Assembly: GCA_951406725.2 (NCBI GenBank)
Contig: OX597839.1
Span: forward strand, 34,534,001 to 34,598,000
Source: Octopus vulgaris
Taxonomy: Eukaryota
Length of the DNA stretch: 64,000 bases
Direction of reading: 5' to 3'
Position 1 is the first letter of the stretch, and every line of letters begins with the position of its first letter. The notes under the pieces were generated by a model. It was not told the DNA's origin. It saw only the letters and a program-made list of their open reading frames with translations, and searched no databases. Positions 12,561 to 26,073 of the stretch are shown here, piece after piece. A program made the translations under genes and the position numbers.

Positions 12561-15500
12561 AGGTCTGGAGAGATTGTTGAGCTGCTTGAACGGAGACGTG
12601 TGGATTTATGCTGCATCCAAGGAGTAAGGTGGAGAGGAGGTTCCGCCAGGCTCCTCACAGGCAAGGAACACAGGTACACGGGGTCGGGGGCGTGGGTATA
12701 CTTCTTGCAGAGAAATGGGTAGATAAGGTAATCGAGGTAGTCAGAGTAAGTAACAGAATACTTAAGATTAGATTAGTGCTTCACCACAGGTCAGCTACCA
12801 TCATCTCGGCATATGCCCCTCAACCAGGGCTACCGGAAGGACAGAAAGACCAATTCTATGACACCCTATTGCGGACTACCTCGTTGACTAATGACAGTGA
12901 CCTTCTCTTTGTGGCAGATAATTTCAATGGACATGTTGGACAGCATGTCGGGGGCTTCCATGGCGTTCATGGAGGCTACGGTTTTGGCTCTCGCAGTGAG
13001 GAGGGAACCAGGCTGCTGGAGTTCTGCGATGCAGATGACCTTATGGTCTGCAATACCAACTTCAAGAAACCCACCTCTCACCTAGTCACATACCGTTCTG
13101 GCAGACACACTAGCCAGATTGACTACATCCTCGCCAGAAAGAGGGAAAGAGGGCTGCCTATAAATGCCAAAACCTTCCCAGGCGAAGAATGTACTCCTCA
13201 ACATAGATTAGTAGTTAGCGACTTCAGGATCAGAGCTAAATGGTTGCCCAGAAGAAGACCAGCTTGGAGGAGAAGGGTCTGGAAGCTTAAAGATCCTGCA
13301 AATGGACAGAGATTTAGAGACATACTACTCGAAGCCTTTGATGAAATAGAAGGGGATATAGCTTCACTTAATGTGGAAGACAACTGGAGATTTCTACGGG
13401 ACAATCTGCTGACAGCCTCTGACCAGATCTGTGGATGGAGCAAAGTCCCATCTCGACCCAGGGTAACGTGGTGGTGGAACAATGTGGTTGACAGGGCTAT
13501 TAGACAAAAGAAACAGGCTTGGAGGGACTGGAAGAACGGAGGTAGCAGGGAATTGTATCAAACTGCCAGAAGGGAAGCTAGGAGACAGGTCTATTTAGCC
13601 AGAGGGGAAGCAGATAAGAAAAAATTTGCCAATGTTCTGCGCCGTGAGGACCAAAGACTTGAGGTATTTCGTGTTGCAAGACAGTGTGTGAGAGAGAATC
13701 GTGATGTGGTAAGAGAAATGTGTTCACATGGATGATGGTTCACTTGCGCTAAATGAGGATGCAAAGAGAGAGGTTTGGAGATGCCACTATGAAAGGTTGC
13801 TTAATAAAGAAAATGAATGGGATAAAGAGAGTCTGCCAAATGTCAACCCAACAGAGGGACCAGCCATCCGAGTTGACAATTCTTTGGTAGTTAAGGCAAT
13901 TAGAAGCAAAAAGACAGGGAAAGCCCCAGGACCATCAGGAATTACTGCAGAGATGCTCAAAATATCTGGCAGTGTCGGCTATAACCGAGTCACCCGTATA
14001 GTTAACCAGGTGATACATGAAGGAGTCATACCCAATGACTGGTGTAGCAGCATACTAGTCAACTGCTAGAAAGGTAAAGGTGACGCCCTAGATACAAATA
14101 ATTACAGAAGTATCAAGCTGTTGGATCAGGTAATGAAGGTTACGGAGAGGGTCATAGCCCAACTAATTAGAGAGAGAGTTAGCTTGGATAAGATGCAGTT
14201 TGGTTTCATGCCAGGGAAAAGCACCACTGATGCCATATTTCTGGTGAGACAGCTGCAGGAGAAATACCTAGCCAAAGATAAGCCCCTGTACCTGGCTTTC
14301 GTTGACATGGAGAAAGCCTTTGACAGGGTCCCCTGATCCCTTATCTGATGGTCAATGAGGAAACTAGGGATAGATGAATGGCTGGTGAGAGCTGTGCAAG
14401 CCATGTACAGGGATGCTGTAAGTAAAGTTAGGGTTGGCAACGTGTACACAGAAGAATTCAAGGTAGAGGTTGGGGTCCACCAGGGTTCAGTCCTCAGCCC
14501 CCTCCTATTTATCATAGTCCTCCAGGCAATTACGGAGGAATTCAAGACAGGTTGCCCTTGGGAGCTCCTCTATGCTGACGACCTTGCTCTAATTGCTGAG
14601 TCACTATCAGAACTGGAGAAGTTCCAGGTGTGGAAGGAGGGATTAGAATCGAGGGGGCCTAGCTAAACCAAAGTACTAATAAGTAGGAAGGTAGACAAAC
14701 CACAAATGCCTTCAGGAAGATGGCCCTGCTCGATCTGTAGAAAAGGTGTAGGTAGAAACTCTATAAGATGTACCCAGTGTAAGCTATGGACACATAAGAG
14801 GTGCAGCAATGTCAAAGGAAGGCTAACTGGGAAGATAGTTTTTGTATGTGGCAGATGCTCAGGAGCAATAAACTCTGAAAATCTGCAGAAAACAACTTTC
14901 GTCACTTTCCAGGGGGAAAAACTAGAAGTAGTTGATAGCTTCCGTTATCTAGGTGACCAAGTCAGTAGTGGGGGCGGGTGTGCTGAAAGTGTAACTGCTA
15001 GAGTAAGAATAGCCTGGGCAAAGTTCAGGGAGATCTTACCTCTGCTGGTGACTAAAGGCCTCTCACTCAGAGTAAAAGGCAGACTGTATGATGCATGTGT
15101 ACGAACAGCCATGCTACATGGCAGTGAAACATGGGCCGTGACTGCTGAGGACATGCATAAGCTCGCAAGGAATGAAGCCAGTATGCTCCAATGGATGTGT
15201 AATGTCAGTGTTCATACTCGACAGAGTGTAAGTACCTTGAGAGAAATGTTGGACCTAAGAAGCATCAGTTGTAGTGTGCAAGAGAGATGTTTGCGCTGGT
15301 ATGGTCATGTGGAAAGAATGGATGAAGATAGGTGTGTGAAAAAGTGCCAATCCCTAGCAGTTGAGGGAACCCGTGGAAGAGGTAGACCCAGGAAAACCTG
15401 GGACGAGGTGGTGAAGCACGACCTTCGAACTTTAGGCCTCACCGAGGCAATGACTAGTGACCGAGACCTTTGGAAATATGCTGTGCGTGAGAAGACCAGG

Positions 15501-16031
15501 CAGGACAAGTGAGTCCAGCCCACTTATGCATGCCTTTCCTCCCTTGGACACACAAAGACCTGTTGAGGCAAGCGAAGTCGAAATCGAACCTCATCCGAAG
15601 AAGACCTGTTGGGGCAAGTGAAATCGGAATTGAAATTGTAGCAATCCTATGACTGGCACCCGGCAGTTGCCAGGACCCCTGGACTGGTGGTACGTAAAAA
15701 GCGCTATCCGAATCGTGGTCGATGCCAGCGTTGCCTCAACTGGCTTCCATGCCGGTGGCACGTAAAAAGCACCATCCGAATCGTGGCCGATGCCAGTGCC
15801 GCCTCGACTGTGGCCGTTGCCAGCCTCGCCTGGCACCTGTGCAGGTGGCACGTAAAAAGCACCCACTACACTCACGGAGTGGTTGGCGTTAAGAAGGGCA
15901 TCCAGCTGTAGAAACACTGCCAGATCAGACTAGAGCCTGGTGCAGCCTTCTGGTTTCCCAGATCCCCGAGCGAACCGTCCAACCCATGCTAGCATGGAGA
16001 ACGGACGTTGAACGATGATGATGATGATGAT
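12561..16031 (+). mobile_element. RTE-clade LINE, near full length, decayed (APE endonuclease, RT with embedded PHD finger, 3' UTR, (GAT)n tail)
   Basis: APE motifs (CCIQG, SAYAPQ, DNFNGHVG, SQIDYIL, QHRLVV) and RT motifs (KAPGPSGI, QFGF, FVDMEKAFD, GVHQGSVLSP, LLYADD). Frameshifts near 13720 and 14620-14660, stops at 14067, 14334 and 14346. Flanked by (TA)n. Confidence 0.95.
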
Positions 16032-16453
16032 ATATATATAAATCATTAAGGTGGCTATTTGCAATTTACAACTGAAAGGCACAAGTATAGTCTTTACTAA
16101 AGTGACCGAGTGTGGTAGTGAACACCAGCATTGCTAAAAATAAGAGTTAAAACAGCTCTTAACCACCTTAATAATTTTATAATTCTCCATTTTCGGAATC
16201 GGTCAACGTTTCCTGTGGCGTACTCTATAAGACTGTCAAGGTGAGTTAAGTTCCTTAACCGTTGGCAACTGAGTAACGGGTCTCTGATGAAGATTAGTCA
16301 GATCTGAAATCATCGATGATACGACTCCATCTCGCTTCTCTCCCTTCTCACTCATTAGTCAAGTGCTCTCATGTAGCTCAAGAGTTGTTTTGACTTATTT
16401 CTAGCAATGCTGGCGCTGACTAGCACCGTCATTCACTTTAGTGACAACATATA

Positions 16454-16815
16454 TCTATATATATAAAACTGTAGTTGTGTGAGTGTCTGTCCCCTTCGAT
16501 TTAGATCCCTAACTACTCCCACATTTTGCAGTGCAGTTTAACCAAAAGCGGAGTCATGATTCATATCAAGCCCTTCTGGGTATTAGCGCGCGTCTACGAT
16601 TGTTAAAAAAATTTACCATCATTTTTTTCCATTTTAATGCATTTTTTCGCTATTATATAAGGGAAGTAACTCTCTAAAAATGTCTACGATGAGTCAACAA
16701 TTTAAAAAAAAATTTACCATCATTTTTTTTCCATTTTCAATACATTTTTTTGGCTATAACTCTCTAAAAATGCTTATATAGTTATTTCCCTTACAAACCC
16801 GAGCAATACTGCTAG
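16454..16815 (+). mobile_element. Non-autonomous Helitron, same family
   Basis: Colinear with 11298-11693; TC start and CTAG end; hairpin partly deleted. Confidence 0.78.
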
Positions 16816-16861
16816 TATATATATATATATATATCATCATCATCATCGTTTAACGTCCGTT

Positions 16862-18117
16862 CAAAGTTCTAGTAAGTAGGAAAGCAAACGCATCACACAC
16901 CCCTTCAAGTAGGGGGTCCTGCTCGATCTGTAGAAAACGTGTAGGTAGAAACTCCATAAGATGTACCCAGTGTAAGCTATGGGTACATGAGAGGTGCAGC
17001 AACATCAAAGGAAGATTAACCGGGAAGATAGCTTTCGTGTGCGGCAGATGCACAGGGGCAATAAACACCACAGATGCTCAGAACACAGATTCTATTACAT
17101 GCCAGGGTGAAAAACTAGAAGCAGTTGATAGCGTCCGCTACCTAGGCGACTAAGTCTGTACTAGAATATGAATAGCCTGGGCAAAGTTTAGAAAGCTTCT
17201 ACCCCTATTGGTGACAAAGGGTCTCTCGCTCAGAGTGAAAGGTAGATTGTACGATGCATGTGTGCGAACTGCCATGCTTCATGGCAGTGAAACATGGGCC
17301 GTGACTGCTAATGACATGCGTAGGCTCGAAAGAGATGAAGCTAGCATGATCTGCTGGATGTGTAATGTCAGTGTCCATACTCGACAGAGTGTAAGCGCCC
17401 TGAGAGAAATGTTGGACGTAAGAAGCATTGGATGTGGCGTACAAGAGGGACGTCTGCCCTGGTATAAATCATGTACTACAGATGGATTAGGAGAGATGTG
17501 TGAAGAAGTGCCACTCCCAAACAGCTGAAGGAATCCGGGGTAGAGGTAGACCCAGGAAGACATGGGATGAGGTGGTCAAGCATGACCTTTGAACGTTGGG
17601 CCTCACAGAACCAATCATGAAAGACTGGGACCTCTGGAGATATGCTGTGACTGCGAAGACCTGACAAATAACTTGAGTTCATGGCTGTTTCCTGCACCAG
17701 CTTCACATAGAAGCCCCAGCCCATCCAAAGTACCTTGGATCACAGGACGGCCTGCTGTGCTTACCTTTGATCGTAGGGTGACCTGCTGTGCTTGAGGAGA
17801 CCTATCAAGTCAAGTACATCAACATCAAAATGAAAATCAAATGAAAATTGTAGTTGTGATACCTGTGCCGGTGGCACGTAAAAAGCACCATCTGAACATG
17901 GCCGATGCCAGCACCACCTTGACTGGCTTCCGTGCTTGTGGCATGTAAAAAGCACCCACTACACTCATGGAGTGGTTGGCATTAGGAAGGGCATCCAGCT
18001 GTAGAAACACTGCCAGATCAGACTGGAGCCTGGTGCAGCCTCCTGGCTTCCCAGACCCCGGTCGAACCGTCCAACCCATTCTGGCATGGAAAAAGGACGT
18101 TGAATGATGATAATGAT
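16862..18117 (+). mobile_element. 5'-truncated RTE LINE copy (PHD, thumb, 3' UTR, GAT tail)
   Basis: Colinear with 14668-16030; LVTKGLSLRVKGRLYDACVRTAMLHGSETW; contains several lesions. Confidence 0.93.
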
Positions 18118-18287
18118 ATATATATACACACATACCTATATAACACACACGTCTACATAAACAGGTGATCAGAAATGAAGAAGTTCTGAGAGGCTCTCCA
18201 ATAGGGATTGAACCCCCTACTGCATCTGAGATCTCACCACATTCAGGCATTTTTTATGTTTAGTCACACTAATAATGTATCTTTTAT

Positions 18288-19256
18288 ATAGCCTGGGCAA
18301 AGTTCAGAGAGCTCTTACATCTGCTGGTGACAAAAGGCCTCTCGCTCAGAGTAAAAGGCAGATTGTATGACGCATGTGTACGAACAGCTATGCTACATGG
18401 TAGTGAAACATGGGCCATGACTGCTGAGGATATGCGTAAGCTTGCAAGAAATGAAGCCAGTATGCTCCGATGGATGTGTAATGTCAGTGTTCATACTCGA
18501 CAGAGTGTAAGTACTTTGAGAGAAAAGTTGGACCTAAGAAGCATCAGTTGTGGTGTGCAAGAGAGACGTTTGCGCTGGTATGGTCATGTGGCGAGAATGA
18601 ATGAAGATAGTTGTGTGAAAAAAGTGCCACACCCTAGCGGTTGAGGGAACCTGTGGAAGAGGTAGACCCAGGAAAACCTGGGACGAGGTGGTGAAGCATG
18701 ACCTTCGAACTTTAGGTCTCACCGAGGAAATGACTAGAGACCGAGACCTATGGAAGTATGCTGTGCTTGAGAAGACCCGGTAGGACAAGTGAGGCCATAA
18801 TCCCGTGACCTACACCTGGTATGTAGCCAGCCCACCTATGCATTCCTTTCCTTCTTGGGACACAAAACTCCACTTGTGAAGACCTGTTGAGGCAAGTGAA
18901 AATCAAAATTGTAATCTATCAACATCAATGGAATTTGTAGCTGTGATACCAGTGCCGGTGGCACATAAGAGAACCATCCAAATGTGGCCGTAGCCAGCGC
19001 CGCCCGACTGGCCTCCGTGCCGGTGGCACGTAAAAATCACCATCCGACCGTGGCCGTTGCCAGCCTCGTCTGGTCCCCATGCCGGTGGCACGTAAAAAGC
19101 ACCCACTACACCCACGGAGTGGTTGGCGCCAGGAAGGGCATCCAGCCGTAGAAACACTGCCAGATCAGACTGGGCTTGGTGCAGCCTTCTGGCTTCCCAG
19201 ACCCCAGTTGAACCGCCCAACCCATGCCAGCATGGAAAGCAGATGTTAGATGATGA
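18288..19256 (+). mobile_element. 5'-truncated RTE LINE copy
   Basis: Colinear with 15010-16030; ORF 18327..18644. Confidence 0.93.
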
Positions 19257-19423
19257 AGGTTCGTTTAGTCATAACTTAACTAATTGCATAAAATACTACA
19301 AAGGAGGGAAAAAAAAAATCATTAAAAGCAAAATTCTTTTAAAAAATCTTAATTACTTTATCAAAAGAATGTTACCCGACGTGATTTCAATTGGTTAATT
19401 ATACTTTTGGGGGGGAAACTGAG

Positions 19424-19585
19424 GGCAGGAGTGGCTGCGTGATAAGTAGCTTGCTTACCAACCACATGGTTCTGGGTTCAATCTCAACTGTGTGGCACCT
19501 TGGGCAAGTGTCTTCTACTATAACCTCGGGTCGGCCAAAGCCTTGTGAGTGGATTTGGTAGACGGAAACTGAAAGAAGCCCATCG

Positions 19586-19618
<33 letters not shown>

Positions 19619-19787
19619 GTCTCAATATCGCTTGACAACTGATGCTGGTCTGTTTACGTCCCTGTAACTTAGCGGTTCAGCAAAAGAGACTGATAAAATA
19701 AGTACTAAGCTTACAAAGAATAATTTGCTCGACTAAAGGTCGTGCTCCAGCATGGCCGCATTCAAATGATTACAACAAATAAAAGAA
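19424..19787 (+). mobile_element. SINE family A
   Basis: Colinear with 21989-22382. Confidence 0.82.
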
Positions 19788-20610
19788 TATGACCTTCAAC
19801 ACAGTTCTGTATATAGCAACCATGTGGCAATGGTGGGGTCCAGTTGTTAAGATGTGGACGGTTTGACAGGAGCCTGCACCAGGCGTATTTGTCTGTTTTG
19901 GTAGGGTTTTTTATGGCTGGATGCCCTTCTTAACACTAACCACCCAGCAGAGTGGACCAAGTGCTTTTATAACACAGAAATAAACCCCAACACCAGATAT
20001 ACTTTCAAGTTTTCATTGGTATGTACTTGCAGCTTATGCTATAGTAAAAAGTAAATAAAACATTTCACTGATGTTGCAAAAAACCTGCTTGGCTGAATAA
20101 AATTCTGGTATATGCAATTGAAGGAGTATTAAGTACATCCATAAATGTTATCTCAGAGCAAATACTGCAGCAAGTGGCCTCTCGACTGTGTATATACATT
20201 ATGATACATAGATGGGCAATTTAATTTAATAATGCTTTAAATGCATACACTTACTTCCCAACCACATGGTTCCGGGTTCAGTCTCACTACGTGGCACCTT
20301 AGGTAAGGGTCTTCTAAAGCCTCGGGCTGACCAAAGCCTTGTGAGTGGATTTGGTAGATGGAAACTAAAAGAAGCCTGTTGTGTTTTTATATACAGATTG
20401 TGCGTGATTGTCTGTGTTTGTCATCTAACAACCAGTGTTGCTGTGTTTTTGCCCCTCTAACTTAGCAGTTTGACAAAAGAGAACAACAGAATAAGTACCA
20501 AACTTATTTTTTAAGTCCTGGAGTCGATTTGTTCAACTAAAACCCATCAAGGTGGTGCCCCAGCATGGCCCCAGACAAATGACTGAAACAAGGTAGAAAA
20601 TAAACACATA

Positions 20611-20775
20611 GGCGCAGGAGTGGCTGTGTGGTAAGTAGCTTGCTTACCAACCACATGGTTCCGGGTTCAGTCCCACTGCGTGGCATCTTGGGCAAGTGTC
20701 TTCTGCTATAGCCTTGGGCCGACCAATGCCTTGTGAGTGGATTTGGTAGACGGAAACTGAAAGAAGCCTGTCGTA

Positions 20776-20818
<43 letters not shown>

Positions 20819-21025
20819 ATGTGTTTGTGTGTCTCCCTAGCATTGCTTGACGACCGATGCTGGTGTGTTTATGTCCCTGTCAATTAGCGCTTCGGCAAAA
20901 GAGACCGATAGAATAAGTACTGGGCTTACAAAAATAAGTTCCGGGGTCGATTTGCTCGACTAAAGGTGGTGCTCCAGCATGGCCGCAGCCAAATGACTGA
21001 AACAAGTAAAAGAGAGTAAAAGAGT
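20611..21025 (+). mobile_element. SINE family A (preceded by an older copy at 20255-20600)
   Basis: Colinear with 21989-22382. Confidence 0.86.
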
Positions 21026-21375
21026 ATACACTGGATTTATAGAACAAATAGTGAGGGATTATCAATCCAGGCGAAATACTTCATAAGCCCTCTGTTGGCA
21101 CACCTGGCTAATATAATTAGATTAGGGAAGAATTCCAGGTAATCTTTTGGTAGGGTCCAAGGTTAAGGTTCATCACAATTCTACATTGTAAATCTGTGGA
21201 TGGATTCCAGACAAACTGGTTCTTACACAGGGTGATATATAAGACAAGGTATAGATAATGGCCATTGAACATTTTTCCTTTATTGGAGCAAACACGGCTT
21301 ACAGCTGTTTCCAGTAGTTGTTATAGGTTCATTATTAATAGGTCAACTCAATTGATCAATTTAGGAAAATTGAAT

Positions 21376-21780
21376 CATCATCATCGTTTAACGTCCGTTT
21401 TCCGTGCTTGCACGGGTTGGACGGTTCGACTGGGGTCTGGGAAGCCAGGGGCTGCACCAGGCTCCAGTCTGATCTGGCAGTGTTTCTACAGCTGGATGCC
21501 CTTCCTAACGCCAACCACTACGTGAGTGTAGTGGGTGCTTTTTACGTGCCACCGACACAGGTGCCAGGGGAGTCTGGCAGCGGCCACGATCAGTTGGTGC
21601 TTTTAACGTGCCACCGGCACGGAAGCCGGTCAAGGCGGCGCTGGCATCAGCCACGTTCGGATGATGCTCATTATGTGCCACCAGCACAGAAGCCGGTCAA
21701 GGCGGTGCTGGCATCGGCCACGTTCGGATGATGCTTTTTATGTGCCACCGGCACAGGTATCACAACTACTATTTCCATTG
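21376..21780 (-). mobile_element. RTE LINE 3' UTR fragment
   Basis: Reverse complement of the 15.7-16.0 kb 3' UTR, starting with (CAT)n-CGTTTAACGTCCG. Confidence 0.88.
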
Positions 21781-21988
21781 AATGACCTAAGAAAATTGTT
21801 ACTTTTATCAGAGCCATTTCTGACTTCCAGAAATGGCTTTGATAAAAGTAGCATCAATTTTCTTGGGTCATTCAATTTTCCTCAGTTGATAATGTGCCTG
21901 GAAACAGCTGTAAGCCAAATTTTCTCCAATAAAGGAAAAACATGTGATGACCATTTTTAACTTGTTTCTTAAATATATATTTATATAA

Positions 21989-22382
21989 GGCGCAGGAGTG
22001 GCTGTGTGGTAAGTAGCTTGCTTACCAACCACATGGTTCCGGGTTCAGTCCCACTGCGTGGCACTTTGGGCAAGTGTCTTCTACTATAGCCTCGGGCCGA
22101 CCAAAGCCTTGTGAGTGGATTTGGTAGACGGAAACTGAAAGAAGCCTGTTATGTATATGTATATATGTGTGTGTGTTTGTGTGTCTGTGTTTATCCCCCC
22201 CAACATCGCTTGACAACCGATGCTGGTGTGTTCATGTCCCTGTAACTTAGCGGTTCGGCAAAAGAGACCAATAGAATAAGTACTAGGCTTACAAAGAATA
22301 AGTCCCGGGGTCGATTTGCTCGACTAAAGACGGTGCTCCAGCATGGCCACAGTCAAATGACTGAAACAAGTAAAAGAGTAAA
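21989..22382 (+). mobile_element. SINE family A (tRNA head, CORE-like domain, CA/TA spacer, CAGCATGGCC tail), full copy
   Basis: GGCGCAGGAGTGGCTGTGTGG...GGTTCAGTCCC...TTGGGCAAGTGTCTT; many near-identical copies in the window. Confidence 0.88.
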
Positions 22383-24152
22383 AATATATACATGTATTTC
22401 TTTATCAGATATATCATCATCAACACCACCTTCACCCTCGTTTAATGTATTTCCCATGTTGGCATGGGTTGAAACAGCCTGACCGGAGGAGCTCAAGGAT
22501 AAAATTTGTTATGGACTTACTGTGTTCATAAATATCAGAGAGAAAAACAAAAAAATTTATCCTAGCAAAATGGCAAGTCAGGACAAGTGCCGCAATGACT
22601 GGCCTGTTGGCAGTGTGTATACATTATGTATGATACATAGATAGCCATTTTAATCAAACAGCGCCGATAATTTGGTGCAGAAAGCCCTCCAAGAAAATGC
22701 TACTGAAGAAGAGAAATACACAGAAATACATAAAACTATATACACACATATATATAATGCATAAATATAGATACAAATATATAAAACTGTATACATACAT
22801 ATATACATTGATATATAAAACTACATACATGCACACACACACACACACACACACATAATACAATACATATTACAATAGTTGATATAATGAAAAACACACA
22901 AACAAAACAAAGAAACATTAAAAATACAAACTTTAGTTGTGGTTTTTTTTCTTTTCTTTTCGGTTGATATTTTCACCTTTCATTCCACCACGTAGAAAAA
23001 CATGTATACACATGCAGACGCACAGGTGTATAACACGTGTATACACATGCACACACACACACATCTATAAACACATGCACACGTCTATACAGACACACAA
23101 CATATATATATACATATATATATATATACACACATAAATACAACTGTATAACATATACACATGCACACACACACATAAATACAAATGTATGACATATACA
23201 CACATTCATAAAGTTATATAACAGACACACAAACACACACACGTCTATATATATATATATACAACACACAGCTATCTCTCTCTCTTTCTCTCTCTCTACA
23301 CCCCCCCCCCAATACATATATATACACAGGTAAGTATTAAAAATAGAATAAATTACAATTTATTAAATTTATTCGTTTGGCTTAATTTTCATTTTTATTT
23401 ATTTTATATATATATATATATAGATTATTATTATTTTAATATTTATATTTTTTTTTTCTCATCTGCATTTTTGTTGTTTTTTTTTTTCAATTATTTTCTC
23501 TCTCTCTCTCTCTCTTTTTTCTTTCTCTCTCTCTCTCTCTTTCTTTCTCTCATTCTGTCTCTGTCTGTCTGTCCGTCCCAATTCTCTCTTGCCCCCTACA
23601 ATCACATTGCTTTTAATTTGCAGTCAGGGGGGAAGGGTTCCCCCCTCCTCCCTTCCTTCTCGTCTTTTAAATGATTTTTAAAAAGGTACGTGTGTGTGTG
23701 TGTGTGTGTGTGTGTGCATGCACATGTGTGTACGTGAATCGGTAGAGCATCCCAATTCCTTAACTGTTTTTACAAAGGCTGAAATAGGTTGTGGTGGTCA
23801 CAAACGGGATGACAGAATACGTAATGGTGGCCACAGTATTAGCTGCAATGGTTTGGCTAGATTGTACTGTCTGCAGTGATGGTCATGGTTTGTATTTGGT
23901 ATGATTGTATGACTGAGTTATTGTGTCTTCAGCGGTGGTCACATATGGCTTACATTACTTGCAATGATATGATGGTCAAAGTATAGTTTGTATTAGTTGC
24001 GATGCTATGGTTGGGTTGTATTGTTTGTTGTGGTGGCCATGGTCTGTACTAGTTGTGGTTGGCATGGATGGGCTGTGGTGACGGTGTAGCATGGTTATTA
24101 CAGTTGTTTGAAGTGGTGCTGTGTGTATGTAAGTGTGTGCATGTATGTGTGT

Positions 24153-24200
<48 letters not shown>

Positions 24201-24473
24201 ATTTGTATATTGCATTGTAACATTGCCCTGTGTATAATACTTGCTGATGTGTGTATACTGTCTGTAATGTATGTATAATGTATATACAAGTGTGTGTGTG
24301 TGCATGGGTGCATAATATATTTATGTGCATGTCTATGTGTTTATATAATGTGTATACATGGCTGTATGTGTGTTTAGTGTAAAAATGTGTGTATATATGT
24401 CTAGTATGTCTGTACTATCCCTCGTCTATGTGTATAATGTGTACACATACATGTGTGTGTGTGGTGTGTAATA

Positions 24474-24525
<52 letters not shown>

Positions 24526-24944
24526 TACAATCTAGTGTCCCGTGTGTGTGTGTGTACAGTCTAGTGTGTGCACTGTATATGTGTGTGTGTGTGTACAGTC
24601 TAGTATGTGTGTCCCATGCATGTGTGTGCACTGTATATGTATGTGTGTGTGTGTGTGTGTGTGCACTGTATATATGTGTGTGTGTGTACAGTCTAGTGTG
24701 TGCACTGTATATATGTGTGTGTGTGTGTGTATTTAAAAGCTCAACTTGAAGCCAAATACCACACAATATGGCATCAGATAGAAAAATTACATTAATCCTT
24801 CATTTCACCGATTCTCGTCTGCAGCAGTGACAATGGTTAATGGTGGTGGTGGTGGTGGTGGCGGCGATGTGGAAGTTCTGGTTGTGGTGGTGGTGGTCAT
24901 GGGTGGTGGTCGTCGGGTTGGTCATCATTGCAGTGGATTTTCTT

Positions 24945-24945
<1 letters not shown>

Positions 24946-25012
<67 letters not shown>
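24946..25012. repeat. (GTA)n microsatellite within a GGT/GTA low-complexity region
   Basis: Read directly. Confidence 0.93.
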
Positions 25013-25013
<1 letters not shown>

Positions 25014-25959
25014 TAGGCGCTGGTGGTGCTGCTGGTAGTCTGTGTTGGTCACTCCTACTTGCTGGTATAGTCTGTTGTTGTTGCAGTAGTAGTAGTAGTA
25101 GTGGTGGTGGTGGTAGCAGTATTTGCTGTTACAGTTAACAACATAGTACAAGACATAGCCACACAGGTGGTGGTGGTGGTGGTGGTCACTGCGGTAGTTG
25201 TGGTGGTGGTGGTGGTGGTAGTAGTAGCCATCTCGATGGAAGCAGACGCTACAACATGCAACCGATAACCCCTCGCCGCCACCACCGCCAACATCACCGC
25301 CGCCATCATTTTCCAAATACAAACATCATCATCATCATCATCATCAGTTTGATATCCATTATATCATGCAGGCATGCACAACACGTGTGTAATATTATTA
25401 TCATTATTATTATTATTATTATTACGTTTCTTTTATAACACAGCATATTGTAATAATATGATGTAATATTTTCTTTTTTTATACAAAAAAAAAAAGCCCT
25501 TTTTTTTTTTTTTACACACGGCTTTTAATAATACTATGGAACAACGGAGTCTCTGTGAAATTAGGAGGGGTGGGGGCACTTGGCACTTGTGACCCCTGTT
25601 TGCCCTGCGCCCCAAGTTTATTTTATAAATGTATATATATATATGTGTGTGTGTATGTATGTATATATATATATATATATTATATTATATATATATACTG
25701 TCACTTTTTGCCCTAAAGTCACATCTTGATGGCTTTTTGTTTTTTTTGGGGGGGTGGGGGATTTTCCTGACCCAAAGTCAACACACGGCCGGAGGGGGGG
25801 GGCTGGGAAGGGAGTGTTGTTTGCGGAAAGGGGGGCAGGATGTCGTTTTCTTTCGTCCCCTCCCCCCCATCAGGCATTTGTTTCCTCTTTTTTTTTATCT
25901 TTTCTTTTTCTTTTTTCTTTTAAAGTCACAAGATGGTGCCAAACAGAAGGTCACAAATT

Positions 25960-26073
25960 AACAATAATATTAATTAATAGTAATAATAATAATAATAATA
26001 GTAATAATAATAGTAATAGTAATAATAATAATAATAATAATATAATATAATAATAATAATAATAATAATAATG
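25960..26073. repeat. (AAT)n microsatellite
   Basis: Read directly. Confidence 0.93.

Noticed and set aside
12608-15512. An active LINE or a domesticated RT gene
   Set aside because: Multiple stops and frameshifts, an internal deletion near 12676, and no 5' end.
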